A stretch of 64,000 bases of DNA from an uncultured Gammaproteobacteria bacterium (lineage in GTDB: Bacteria; Pseudomonadota; Gammaproteobacteria; Arenicellales; CAJQKF01). The notes below the pieces were generated by a model. That model was not told the origin of the DNA, searched no databases, and was given only the letters and a program-made list of their open reading frames with translations. The stretch covers positions 1,097 to 65,096 of the forward strand of contig CAYGJZ010000008.1 in assembly GCA_964350265.1 (NCBI GenBank). The letters run 5' to 3'. The position numbers and the translations under genes are program-made. Shown in pieces: positions 44,885 to 53,039 of this stretch; the first letter of the stretch is position 1, and the number at the start of each line of letters is the position of its first letter.

Positions 44885-45946
44885 TTGACGCCCGCCCGCG
44901 ACAAGGTGGTGGTGGTGTTCAGCCACCACAAGCGCGGCGGTGGCAAGCCGCTGGACTCGTTGTGGTTCTCCCGCGACGAGCTCAAGCGTCGACACGGCGT
45001 GGAACTGCGCTTCCCGTGGACCGGTTCGCCGCTGTCGAAAACCCTGCGCGAACTGTGGAGGGCCGACTACGTGCTGTTCGACGGCGTCTGGAGCGCCGTG
45101 CTCTGGCACGGCCCCGCGCTGCTGCTGGCGGCACTGCTGCTGGGCAAGCGGCTGGTCTACTACTGGCATGAGACCGACTGGCACATCCGTGACCGTTGGC
45201 CCTATGACCGCTCGGTGCGGCGCAGCGGCCATCGCGGCAAGCAGTACCTCCGGCGCCTGCCGATGTACCTGGCCCTGCGCTGGCAGCGTTTCTTGCACCT
45301 GCACGTGACCGAGCATGGCTGCCGGTTACTGCGCGAAGTGGCCGGGGTGCGCGCCGACCGCATCCGCCTGTTACGCAACATGTCGCGTTCCGGCCAGTTC
45401 GAGAACCTGCCGGTGCCCGGCGACTACCTGCCCGGGCGCATCGTCGCCTGTGGTCACGTGAAGACCAACAAGCGTCCCGACCTGTTCGTGGAGATGGCGC
45501 GGCGCCTGGCGGATGACCCCGCCTACAGCTTCCAGTGGGTGGGACGCATCGATCCGGGCTTCGACGTCGATGCCCTGGTCGGCGGCGGCGAACTGGCCCG
45601 GCGCGTGCATTTCAGCGGCTGGACCGATGCCCCGTACCTGGAGATCGCCCGCGCCAACGTGTTCGTGCACACCTCGGAATTCGAGGCCATGCCCAAGGTG
45701 CTGATGGAGGCCCTGGCACTGGGCAAGCCGGTGGTGGCCTTCGCCGTGGGCGGCATTCCCGAACTGCTCGGCGAGCACGGCCGCACGGTACCCTTCGGCG
45801 ATGTCGATGCCCTGGTCGACGCGGTTCGCGCCAGCCTCCCGGAGATGGATGACGACCAGCAACGTCGCCGCCGTGCCTGGTACGACGCCGAGTTCACCGA
45901 GCATGCCTTTGCCGACCGTTTCGCCCGCATCCTGGCCACCGCGTGA
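44885..45946 (+). CDS. Glycosyltransferase, GT4 family (GT-B)
   Basis: VFVHTSEFEAMPKVLMEALALGKPVVAFAVGGIPELL is the E-x7-E region. The TTG start from the track is uncertain. Confidence 0.8.
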   Translation: MTPARDKVVVVFSHHKRGGGKPLDSLWFSRDELKRRHGVELRFPWTGSPLSKTLRELWRADYVLFDGVWSAVLWHGPALLLAALLLGKRLVYYWHETDWHIRDRWPYDRSVRRSGHRGKQYLRRLPMYLALRWQRFLHLHVTEHGCRLLREVAGVRADRIRLLRNMSRSGQFENLPVPGDYLPGRIVACGHVKTNKRPDLFVEMARRLADDPAYSFQWVGRIDPGFDVDALVGGGELARRVHFSGWTDAPYLEIARANVFVHTSEFEAMPKVLMEALALGKPVVAFAVGGIPELLGEHGRTVPFGDVDALVDAVRASLPEMDDDQQRRRRAWYDAEFTEHAFADRFARILATA

Positions 45947-47148
45947 ACCGGGCCCAGGCCAGTGCCGGACAGCCGCTGTACCTGGTGGTCGGCATCCGCA
46001 GCAATTTCGCCGAGCTGCTGGCCGACGGCCTGGCAACCGCCCGCAGGTACGGCTTCGCCCCGCGCATCGTCGACGTGGTGGAACTGGTGGAAGGCTGGAA
46101 GCCCTATCCCAACGACTGGGCGGCACTGGGCCTTGCCGACGACGTGCTGCGCATCGCCGACCGGGAGGCGTTTTCCGCGCTGGTGGCATCACCCGGCTTC
46201 CATCGCGCGGTGGTGCTGTTTCTCTACCTGCCCGATCGTCACCTGCGGCCGTTGTGGCGGCAGATGGCGGCGGCCGGTGCCCGGGTCGGCGTCATCGTCG
46301 CCGGGCCGGTGCCCACCGCGTCCTCGCTGCCCCGGGGGCGTTCCCCGCGTGCCGTGGCCGCGCGCGCATGGCTGCGCCTGAAGCGCCGGTTCAAGCCGCG
46401 CCCCGACTACTGGATCACCGCGGGTTCGGTATGCCGCAGTCTGTATGCCAGCTACTTTCGCAGCCTCGACGGGGTGGTGGAGATCCATGCCCACTCGCTG
46501 GACCACGAGCGACTGCGTCGGGCCGGGCCGGCGGCCGCCGAGTCCACCGGGGTGGTGTTTCTCGACCAGGGCTGGTTCTCGAAGCCGCGGCCGGACTTCC
46601 TCGACCCGTCGCGCTACCCGCCGATGGACGAGACCGCCTATGCGCGCGGCGTGCGCGGACTCCTCGAGCACCTGCGCAGCGCCGGTCAGCGGGTGGTGGT
46701 CTGCGCCCATCCCAAGGCCAGCCTGGCGCACACCCGCTCGCTGTTCGACGGCTTCGACGTGCGCCAGGGCAACACCGCCGGGCTGGTCAGCGGCGCGCGC
46801 CTGGTGATCGCCCATTCCACCACCGCCATCGGCCACGCGGTCATGCACCGGGTGCCGGTGCTGCTGTTCGACAGCGCCGCGCTGCGCACCTCCATCGTGG
46901 CGCCGCTGCTGGCCGGCTACCGGCGCGAGCTCGGCCTGGCCACGGTGGCGCTGGACGAACCGGCCAGCTACGACCGGTCGGTGGCTGCCGCGGTGGTCGA
47001 CGATGCCGCCTATGACCGCTACCTGGACCGCTACGTGAAGCAGGCCGACTCCCCGGACGCCGGCCTGTGGGACATCGCCTTCGGCGGTCTTCGCCGTGCC
47101 CTCGACGCGCCGGCGCCGGCGGCGGCCCATCGATCCCGACAAGCCTGA
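45943..47148 (+). CDS. Hypothetical protein with an HP-motif C-domain (capsule-synthesis / TagF-like transferase candidate)
   Basis: The GTG start overlaps the upstream stop (GTGA). The segment VVFLDQGW...RVVVCAHPKASL...ARLVIAHSTTAIGHAVMHRVPVLLF resembles the catalytic half of HP-motif GT-B enzymes. I recognise no family with confidence. Confidence 0.55.
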   Translation: MNRAQASAGQPLYLVVGIRSNFAELLADGLATARRYGFAPRIVDVVELVEGWKPYPNDWAALGLADDVLRIADREAFSALVASPGFHRAVVLFLYLPDRHLRPLWRQMAAAGARVGVIVAGPVPTASSLPRGRSPRAVAARAWLRLKRRFKPRPDYWITAGSVCRSLYASYFRSLDGVVEIHAHSLDHERLRRAGPAAAESTGVVFLDQGWFSKPRPDFLDPSRYPPMDETAYARGVRGLLEHLRSAGQRVVVCAHPKASLAHTRSLFDGFDVRQGNTAGLVSGARLVIAHSTTAIGHAVMHRVPVLLFDSAALRTSIVAPLLAGYRRELGLATVALDEPASYDRSVAAAVVDDAAYDRYLDRYVKQADSPDAGLWDIAFGGLRRALDAPAPAAAHRSRQA

Positions 47149-47177
47149 GCAACGAAACCGGCTGGAACCCCGACGAC

Positions 47178-48083
47178 ATGACCCAATCCACCATTCCCCC
47201 CTGCCAGATCTGCGGCCACCGCGACTTTCAACCGCACTACAGCGGCCCGGTGCGCGACGGGCGCTTCGGCAACAGCGTCGACGACGCGGTGGTGCGCCGC
47301 TGCGGCGGCTGCGGCGTGCTGCGCCTGGACGAGGCGTTCTGCATGGACGACGGCGACTACGAGACGCCGGCCTACCGTGCCCTGATCGGCCAGCAGATCG
47401 ATGCCGGCAGCTACTACGAGGGGCACGATGCGCTGCAGTACTTCTCCCTCGGTGCGTTCTGGCCGCGCGGCTTTCGCGGCCGCACGGTGGCCGACGTCGG
47501 CGCCGCCGGCGGCAGCTTCCTCGACAGCGTCGCCGGCATGGCCGAGGGCGCCATCGCCATCGAGCCCTGCCGCGCCTACCACGAGACCCTGGCCTCGCGC
47601 GGCTACGACGTCTATGCCTATGCCGCCGAAGCCGCCGCCAGCCGACCGGGCAGCGTCGACGTCGCCACCAGCTTCCAGGTCATCGAGCATGTCGGCAATC
47701 CACGCCGCTACCTGGAGGAGATCCGTCCGCTGCTGAAGGACGACGGCACGCTGATGATCAGCACGCCCAATCTCGACGACATCCTGCTGCGCACCGCGCC
47801 GGATACCTATGCCGGTTTCTTCTACCGCGTGGTGCACCGCTGGTACTTCGATGCCCGCGCACTCAGTCACTGCGCGGAACTGGCCGGCTACACGGTCAGC
47901 GCGGTGAAGTACGTGCACCGCTATCCCTTCGCCAACTACGTGCACTGGCTGCGCGACGGCCGTCCCCGTGGCCAGGACGCCATCGCCGAGTTCGATGCCG
48001 GCGCCGACGGCTTCTGGCGCGGCTACCTGGAGCAGAAGGGACTGTCCGACACGCTGTTCCTCGAATGCCGGCCATCCACGTGA
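47178..48083 (+). CDS. Class I SAM-dependent methyltransferase with an N-terminal zinc ribbon
   Basis: CQICGH...RRCGGCGV is a CxxC...CxxC ribbon. VADVGAAGGSFL is motif I. DVATSFQVIEHV is also present. The ATG at 47178 lies inside track ORF 47067..48083. Confidence 0.8.
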   Translation: MTQSTIPPCQICGHRDFQPHYSGPVRDGRFGNSVDDAVVRRCGGCGVLRLDEAFCMDDGDYETPAYRALIGQQIDAGSYYEGHDALQYFSLGAFWPRGFRGRTVADVGAAGGSFLDSVAGMAEGAIAIEPCRAYHETLASRGYDVYAYAAEAAASRPGSVDVATSFQVIEHVGNPRRYLEEIRPLLKDDGTLMISTPNLDDILLRTAPDTYAGFFYRVVHRWYFDARALSHCAELAGYTVSAVKYVHRYPFANYVHWLRDGRPRGQDAIAEFDAGADGFWRGYLEQKGLSDTLFLECRPST

Positions 48084-48120
48084 CCGGCGCCCGTTTCCAC
48101 CCGACCCCTGGGAGCTTGTC

Positions 48121-48891
48121 ATGAAGGTGGTTTTCCTGGCCGGCGGTTTCGGCACCCGGCTCGCCGAGTACACCGACGTGGTGCCCAAGCCGATGGTGAA
48201 GGTTGGGCCGTATCCCATCCTGCAACACATCATGCGGCGCTATGCACGCTACGGGCACAAGGATTTCTTCGTCGCGCTGGGCTACAAGGGCGAGGTGATC
48301 AAGGAGTACTTCCTGAACTACCATGCCCTCGGCTCGGACTTCACCGTGCATCTTGGCAGCGGCAGCGTCGACTACCACGACAGCCAGTCGCTGGACTGGA
48401 ACGTCACCCTGGTGGAAACCGGCGCGAAGTCGATGACCGGTGGACGGGTAGGGCGGATGCGACGCTGGGTCGAGGACGGCACCTTCATGATGACCTACGG
48501 CGACGGCGTCGCCGACATCGACATCGACGCCCTGCTGGCCTTTCACCGCAGCCACGGCAAGCTGGTCACGGTCACCGCGGTACGACCCACCGCCCGCTTC
48601 GGCGACCTCACCCTGGCCGAGGACGAGGTGCGTTCCTTCGCCGAGAAGCCACGCATGACCTCGGGCTGGATCAACGGCGGCTTCTTCGTCATGGAGCCGG
48701 CGTTTCTCGACTACATCGATGACGATGCCACGGTGCTGGAGAAGGAGCCGCTGGAGCGAGCCGCCCGCGAGGGCCAGTTGATGGCCTACCGCCACGAAGG
48801 ATTCTGGCAGTGCATGGACACCAAGCGCGACCACGACCTCCTGTGCCGGCTGTGGGCGAGCGGCGAGGCGCCCTGGGACAGCGGCGCATGA
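48121..48891 (+). CDS. rfbF: Glucose-1-phosphate cytidylyltransferase
   Basis: MKVVFLAGGFGTRLAEYTDVVPKPMVKVGPYPILQHIM...MTYGDGVADIDI...EKP...GWINGGFFV...GFWQCMDTKRD is canonical RfbF/DdhA. A GGGAG lies upstream of the ATG at 48121. Confidence 0.92.
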   Translation: MKVVFLAGGFGTRLAEYTDVVPKPMVKVGPYPILQHIMRRYARYGHKDFFVALGYKGEVIKEYFLNYHALGSDFTVHLGSGSVDYHDSQSLDWNVTLVETGAKSMTGGRVGRMRRWVEDGTFMMTYGDGVADIDIDALLAFHRSHGKLVTVTAVRPTARFGDLTLAEDEVRSFAEKPRMTSGWINGGFFVMEPAFLDYIDDDATVLEKEPLERAAREGQLMAYRHEGFWQCMDTKRDHDLLCRLWASGEAPWDSGA

Positions 48892-49808
48892 TCGAGCCGG
48901 GCTCACGCCTGCTGGTGGTCGGCGGCGAGGGATTCATCGGCGGCGAGGTTGCGCGCCAGGCGCGCGACGCCGGGGTGGAGACCACGGTGCTGTCGCTGCG
49001 ACCGCGCGCCGACGGCGACCGTCACCGCCTGTACGCCGACATCACCGACGCCGGGGACCTGGCCAGGGCACTGGACGGTCGCGAGTTCGACTACGTGGTC
49101 AATGCCGGTGGCTACATCGACCACGCCGCCATGCACGCGGGCGGGCTGGTGCCGCTGGCGGCCCACTTCGGCGGCGTGGTCAACCTGGTCGGCGCGGTGC
49201 GAGGCCCGGCATTGAAGGGCTTCGTGCAACTGGGCAGCAGCGACGAGTACGGCGATGCGCCCGCGCCCCAGCGCGAATCCATGCGCGAGCAGCCGATCTC
49301 CTGCTATGCCGCCGCCAAGGTGGCCACCACCCAGTTGCTGCAGATGCTGCACCGGACCGAGGGCTTCCCGGCCACCGTGCTGCGCCTGTTCCTGGTCTAC
49401 GGTCCCGGACAGGGCACCGCCCGCTTCCTGCCGCAGGTGATCCGTGGCTGCCTGTCCGGCGATTCCTTCCCGGTATCGGCGGGGGAGCAGCTGCGCGACT
49501 TCGCCTATGTCGGCGACGTCGCCAAGGCCATTTTCCAGGCGCTGGCCGGCGACCGGGCCCGTGGCCGGGTCGTCAACGTCGGCGGCGGCGAGCCGGTGGC
49601 CATTCGCGCCATGGTGGAGCGGGTGGTGGCGCTGGTCGGTGCCGGCCGCCCGCGCTTCGGCGAGATTCCCTACCGGGCCGGCGAGAACATGGCGCTGTAC
49701 CCGTGCACCCGGCTGGCCAGGGAAGTCCTGCACTGGCAGGCGAGCACCTGCCTCGACGACGGCCTGGCGCGCACCATCGGCGCCCTGCGGCAGGCGGGGC
49801 ATGGCTAG
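48888..49808 (+). CDS. NAD(P)-dependent sugar epimerase/reductase (extended SDR)
   Basis: LLVVGGEGFIGGEV is the GxxGxxG motif and SCYAAAK is YxxxK. An ATGA overlap links it to rfbF. Confidence 0.8.
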   Translation: MIEPGSRLLVVGGEGFIGGEVARQARDAGVETTVLSLRPRADGDRHRLYADITDAGDLARALDGREFDYVVNAGGYIDHAAMHAGGLVPLAAHFGGVVNLVGAVRGPALKGFVQLGSSDEYGDAPAPQRESMREQPISCYAAAKVATTQLLQMLHRTEGFPATVLRLFLVYGPGQGTARFLPQVIRGCLSGDSFPVSAGEQLRDFAYVGDVAKAIFQALAGDRARGRVVNVGGGEPVAIRAMVERVVALVGAGRPRFGEIPYRAGENMALYPCTRLAREVLHWQASTCLDDGLARTIGALRQAGHG

Positions 49809-50664
49809 CCATGCCCGGGAACGCCATCGGCGCGCGACGGAGCGGCCGGAAGTGTCCATCCTGGTCAACGGCTACAACGGCGAGCGCTACCTCGGCGAGG
49901 CCCTGGACAGCGTCCTCGCGCAGACCTTCGGCGACTGGGAGCTGGTCTTCTGGGACAACCAGTCCACCGACGGCACCGCCGACATCGTGCGGGCCGCGGA
50001 CGATGCGCGTATCCGCTACCACTACGCGCCGAGTCATACCCACCTCGGCGCCGCCCGCCGGGCCGCGCAGGGCTTGCTGCGTGGCCGCTGGATTGCCATC
50101 CTCGACGTCGACGACCTGTGGCGGCCGGACAAGCTGCGAAAGCAGCTCGCCGCCGCCGCCGCGATGCCGGGCGCGGGCTTCGTCTATGCCCAGGTCGCGG
50201 TGCGCGACGAGTCCGGCGGCGATGCCGCCCGCGACCACGTGTTCAGCCGCATGGCCGGGCAGGAACTGCCCTCCGGCAACCTGTATCCTCGGCTGCTGCG
50301 CGGCAACTTCATCAGCGTACCCTCGCTGCTGCTGGATGCCGGGGCCTTTTTCGAGGTTGGCGGCTTTTCCGGTCGCTACCCGGTGATGGAGGACTACCGC
50401 ATCACCCTGAACATCGCCCGCCGCTACCCGGTGGCGGTGGTCAACGAGCCGTTGTGCGAATATCGGATCCATGGCGGCAACCGCTCCGCGGGCGGCGCCA
50501 TCGACAATTTCGAGGACCTGGCCATCCTGCGCGAGCTGCTGCCGGATCGTCGCGCGGCCATGGCCATGCCCAGGGTCGTTGCCCGGCACTTCCTGCGCTG
50601 CGCCAGGGAGCGCCGCTGGCCGCGCTTCGGTGGCCTGCTCGGGGCCATGGCGCGGCCATCGTAG
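49801..50664 (+). CDS. Glycosyltransferase, GT2 family
   Basis: VSILVNGYNGERYLGEALDSVLAQTF, WELVFWDNQSTDGT and ILDVDDLW (the DxD region). The ATG at 49801 overlaps the upstream gene by 8 nt. Confidence 0.85.
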   Translation: MASHARERHRRATERPEVSILVNGYNGERYLGEALDSVLAQTFGDWELVFWDNQSTDGTADIVRAADDARIRYHYAPSHTHLGAARRAAQGLLRGRWIAILDVDDLWRPDKLRKQLAAAAAMPGAGFVYAQVAVRDESGGDAARDHVFSRMAGQELPSGNLYPRLLRGNFISVPSLLLDAGAFFEVGGFSGRYPVMEDYRITLNIARRYPVAVVNEPLCEYRIHGGNRSAGGAIDNFEDLAILRELLPDRRAAMAMPRVVARHFLRCARERRWPRFGGLLGAMARPS

Positions 50665-50749
50665 GAACTTGAGGACAGGGTCGGCCGGTGCGCCGGGCGT
50701 GGTCAGCATTTCTTTCAATCGTTCATCGAGGTGAACCGGATAACGTGTT

Positions 50750-51619
50750 ATGAGTAAACAGGTAATCGTAGGCGGTGGCGCGGTGCGCACCGCGCAGATC
50801 GGTGGCACCGACAAGTTGTGCATCATCGCCGGCCCGTGTGCCATCGAGAGCGAGTCGCACGCCCTGGAAATGGCCGAGCGGATCGCCGAGATCACCGAGC
50901 GGGTGGGTGTTTCGCTCATCTACAAGTCCTGCTTCGACAAGGACTGCCGCTCGTCGCCGGATTCCTTCCACGGCTGCGGCATCGACTCGGGCCTGGGCAT
51001 CCTGGAGAAGGTCCGCCAGCAGGTCGGCGTGCCGGTGGTGACCGACGTCAGCAACGTCGAGTGGGTGGATCGCACCGCCGAGGTGGTGGACATGCTGCAG
51101 ATTCCCGCCTACCTGTGCCGACAGACGCACCTGCTGCGCGCCTGCGCCCGCACCGGCAAGCCGCTGCACCTGAAGAAGGGCCAGTTCATGAACCCGCGCA
51201 ACATGAAGAACTCGCTGGCCAAGATCTACCGCGAGGACAACCAGCAGGTGGTGCTGTGCGATCGCGGCACCTTCTTCGGCTACGAGGACCTGGTCAACGA
51301 CATGCGCTCGTTGATCATCATGCGCGAACTGGGCACCCCGGTCAGCTACGATGCCACCCACTCCATCCAGCAGCCCACCGGCAGCGGCAGCGTTTCCCAG
51401 GGCCTGCGCGAGTTCATCCCGGCACTGGTGCGGGCGGCCTGCGGCGTCGGCGTCGATGCCATCTTCATGGAAGTGCACGACAATCCCAACCGCGCGCTCA
51501 GCGACCCGGCCACCCAGCTCGACATCCGGTTTCTCGAGAACATCCTGCGCCAGGCGGTGGACATCTCCGCGGTGATGCGCGAAACGTCGCGCAACCATCC
51601 CACCGAAGGCCTGTCCTGA
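50750..51619 (+). CDS. KdsA-like 3-deoxy-ulosonate-phosphate synthase (Cys-type, divergent substrate motif)
   Basis: It aligns with E. coli KdsA along its whole length (from memory): IIAGPCAIES, FDKDCRSS, VVTDV, LQIPAYLCRQT, LKKGQF, DATHSIQ and FMEVHDNP. Confidence 0.85.
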   Translation: MSKQVIVGGGAVRTAQIGGTDKLCIIAGPCAIESESHALEMAERIAEITERVGVSLIYKSCFDKDCRSSPDSFHGCGIDSGLGILEKVRQQVGVPVVTDVSNVEWVDRTAEVVDMLQIPAYLCRQTHLLRACARTGKPLHLKKGQFMNPRNMKNSLAKIYREDNQQVVLCDRGTFFGYEDLVNDMRSLIIMRELGTPVSYDATHSIQQPTGSGSVSQGLREFIPALVRAACGVGVDAIFMEVHDNPNRALSDPATQLDIRFLENILRQAVDISAVMRETSRNHPTEGLS

Positions 51620-51659
51620 ACCCCGTACAACGTCCAGACCGACGAGGTCCCAGAAGCGA

Positions 51660-52352
51660 ATGCGTACCGTACTGATTCCCGCGAAGAAGAAAAGCAAGCG
51701 TATCCCGAGCAAGAACCTGCAGATGCTTGGCGAGGTGTCGCTGATCGAGCGCTGCGTGATGAAGGTCATGAAGTGCAAGAACATCGACCGCATCGTGGTG
51801 GACACCGACTCGGAAGACGTCATCGCCATGTGCCAGCGCCATGCCGCCAGCGATTCGCGCGTCGAGGGCCGGCAACGCAGCACCGAACTGCTCGGCGACG
51901 ACGTCGGCACACCACAGCTTTGCGTGCACCTGCTCGAGCACGAGCCGACCATCGAGTTCCTCGGCATCATGCACAGCACCGCGCCGTTCCTGAAGGCAAG
52001 CACCATCGACAAGTGCATCGAGACCTTCGTCAGCGGCCGCAACGAGTACGACAGCCTGTTCACCGTCGAGGCGCTGCACGACTACCTGTGGAAGGATCGC
52101 CCGCTGAACTTCAACGTCGACTGCCGCACCAGCACCGACAATGTCGATCTCTACTACAAGCTGACCGGCGGTTTCTTCATGTCGACCCGCGGTCACATCC
52201 TGGAAACCAAGTCGTTCATCGGCAAGAACCCGATCATCTACCCGGTCGCGGTGCTCGAGTCGCTGGACATCAACTACCCCGATGAACTGGAACTTGCGCG
52301 CATGATCGAAGAGGGCCTGGCGGCCCGCGGCAAGTCCGAACTGGGAATGTAA
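51660..52352 (+). CDS. Second cytidylyltransferase (CTP_transf_3, KdsB/NeuA-like)
   Basis: LIPAKKKSKRIPSKNL and HSTAPFL match the family pattern. The protein is Lys-rich and the gene is visibly less GC-rich than its neighbours. Confidence 0.75.
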   Translation: MRTVLIPAKKKSKRIPSKNLQMLGEVSLIERCVMKVMKCKNIDRIVVDTDSEDVIAMCQRHAASDSRVEGRQRSTELLGDDVGTPQLCVHLLEHEPTIEFLGIMHSTAPFLKASTIDKCIETFVSGRNEYDSLFTVEALHDYLWKDRPLNFNVDCRTSTDNVDLYYKLTGGFFMSTRGHILETKSFIGKNPIIYPVAVLESLDINYPDELELARMIEEGLAARGKSELGM

Positions 52353-52354
52353 AC

Positions 52355-53023
52355 GTGAACGAGAAGATCAAGCAGTTGAACCCGTCGGTGGTCTACGACG
52401 TGATGACCTACGACATCAAGTGGCCCGGCCAGTTCATGCTCTCCAACGAGATCGGCCTGCGCACCGGCACCGCCATCTGCGGACGCGCCTTCACCGTGCA
52501 GGGCAAGTACACGCCGAACCGGCTGGCCGAGTACCGCGAACGCGCCGTGGTCATCGACATGCTCGAGGCCATGGAGGAGGGCGTGATCGAGGTGCTGCAG
52601 CCGAACTACACCGGCCCGCTCGGCTCCTGGGGTGATTTCACCGCCACCCTGGTCAAGCACTACGGCTGCGTCGGCGCGGTGGTGGATGGCAACACCCGCG
52701 ACCTGGCCGGCCTGCGCGAGATGAACTACCCGCTCTACTGCCGGGGCACCAGCCTGGTCAACGGCTTCGGCAGCGGCTGGCAGATCGACAACTTCCAGCA
52801 GGACATCATCATGCCCGGGCCGCTGGGCATGCCGGTCAACGTCTCGCCCGGCGACTACGTGGTCGGCAACGAGGACGGCGTGGTGATCGTGCCCGCGGAC
52901 ATCATCGACGACGTCGCCGGCCATGCCGCCAGGCGTCTCGCCCGCGAGGAAGAGCTGAAGGCGGAACTGGCCGGCGGCAAGCTCACCCGCGAGTACCTGA
53001 AGACCACCATCTTCGACTGGTAG
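52355..53023 (+). CDS. RraA-family protein (HMG-aldolase / oxaloacetate-decarboxylase-like fold)
   Basis: GSWGDFTATLVKHYGCVGAVVDGNTRDLAGLREMNYPLYCRG is the RraA family core. It has a GTG start 2 nt after the upstream stop. Confidence 0.75.
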   Translation: MNEKIKQLNPSVVYDVMTYDIKWPGQFMLSNEIGLRTGTAICGRAFTVQGKYTPNRLAEYRERAVVIDMLEAMEEGVIEVLQPNYTGPLGSWGDFTATLVKHYGCVGAVVDGNTRDLAGLREMNYPLYCRGTSLVNGFGSGWQIDNFQQDIIMPGPLGMPVNVSPGDYVVGNEDGVVIVPADIIDDVAGHAARRLAREEELKAELAGGKLTREYLKTTIFDW

Positions 53024-53039
53024 CCCCGGCAAGACCCCG

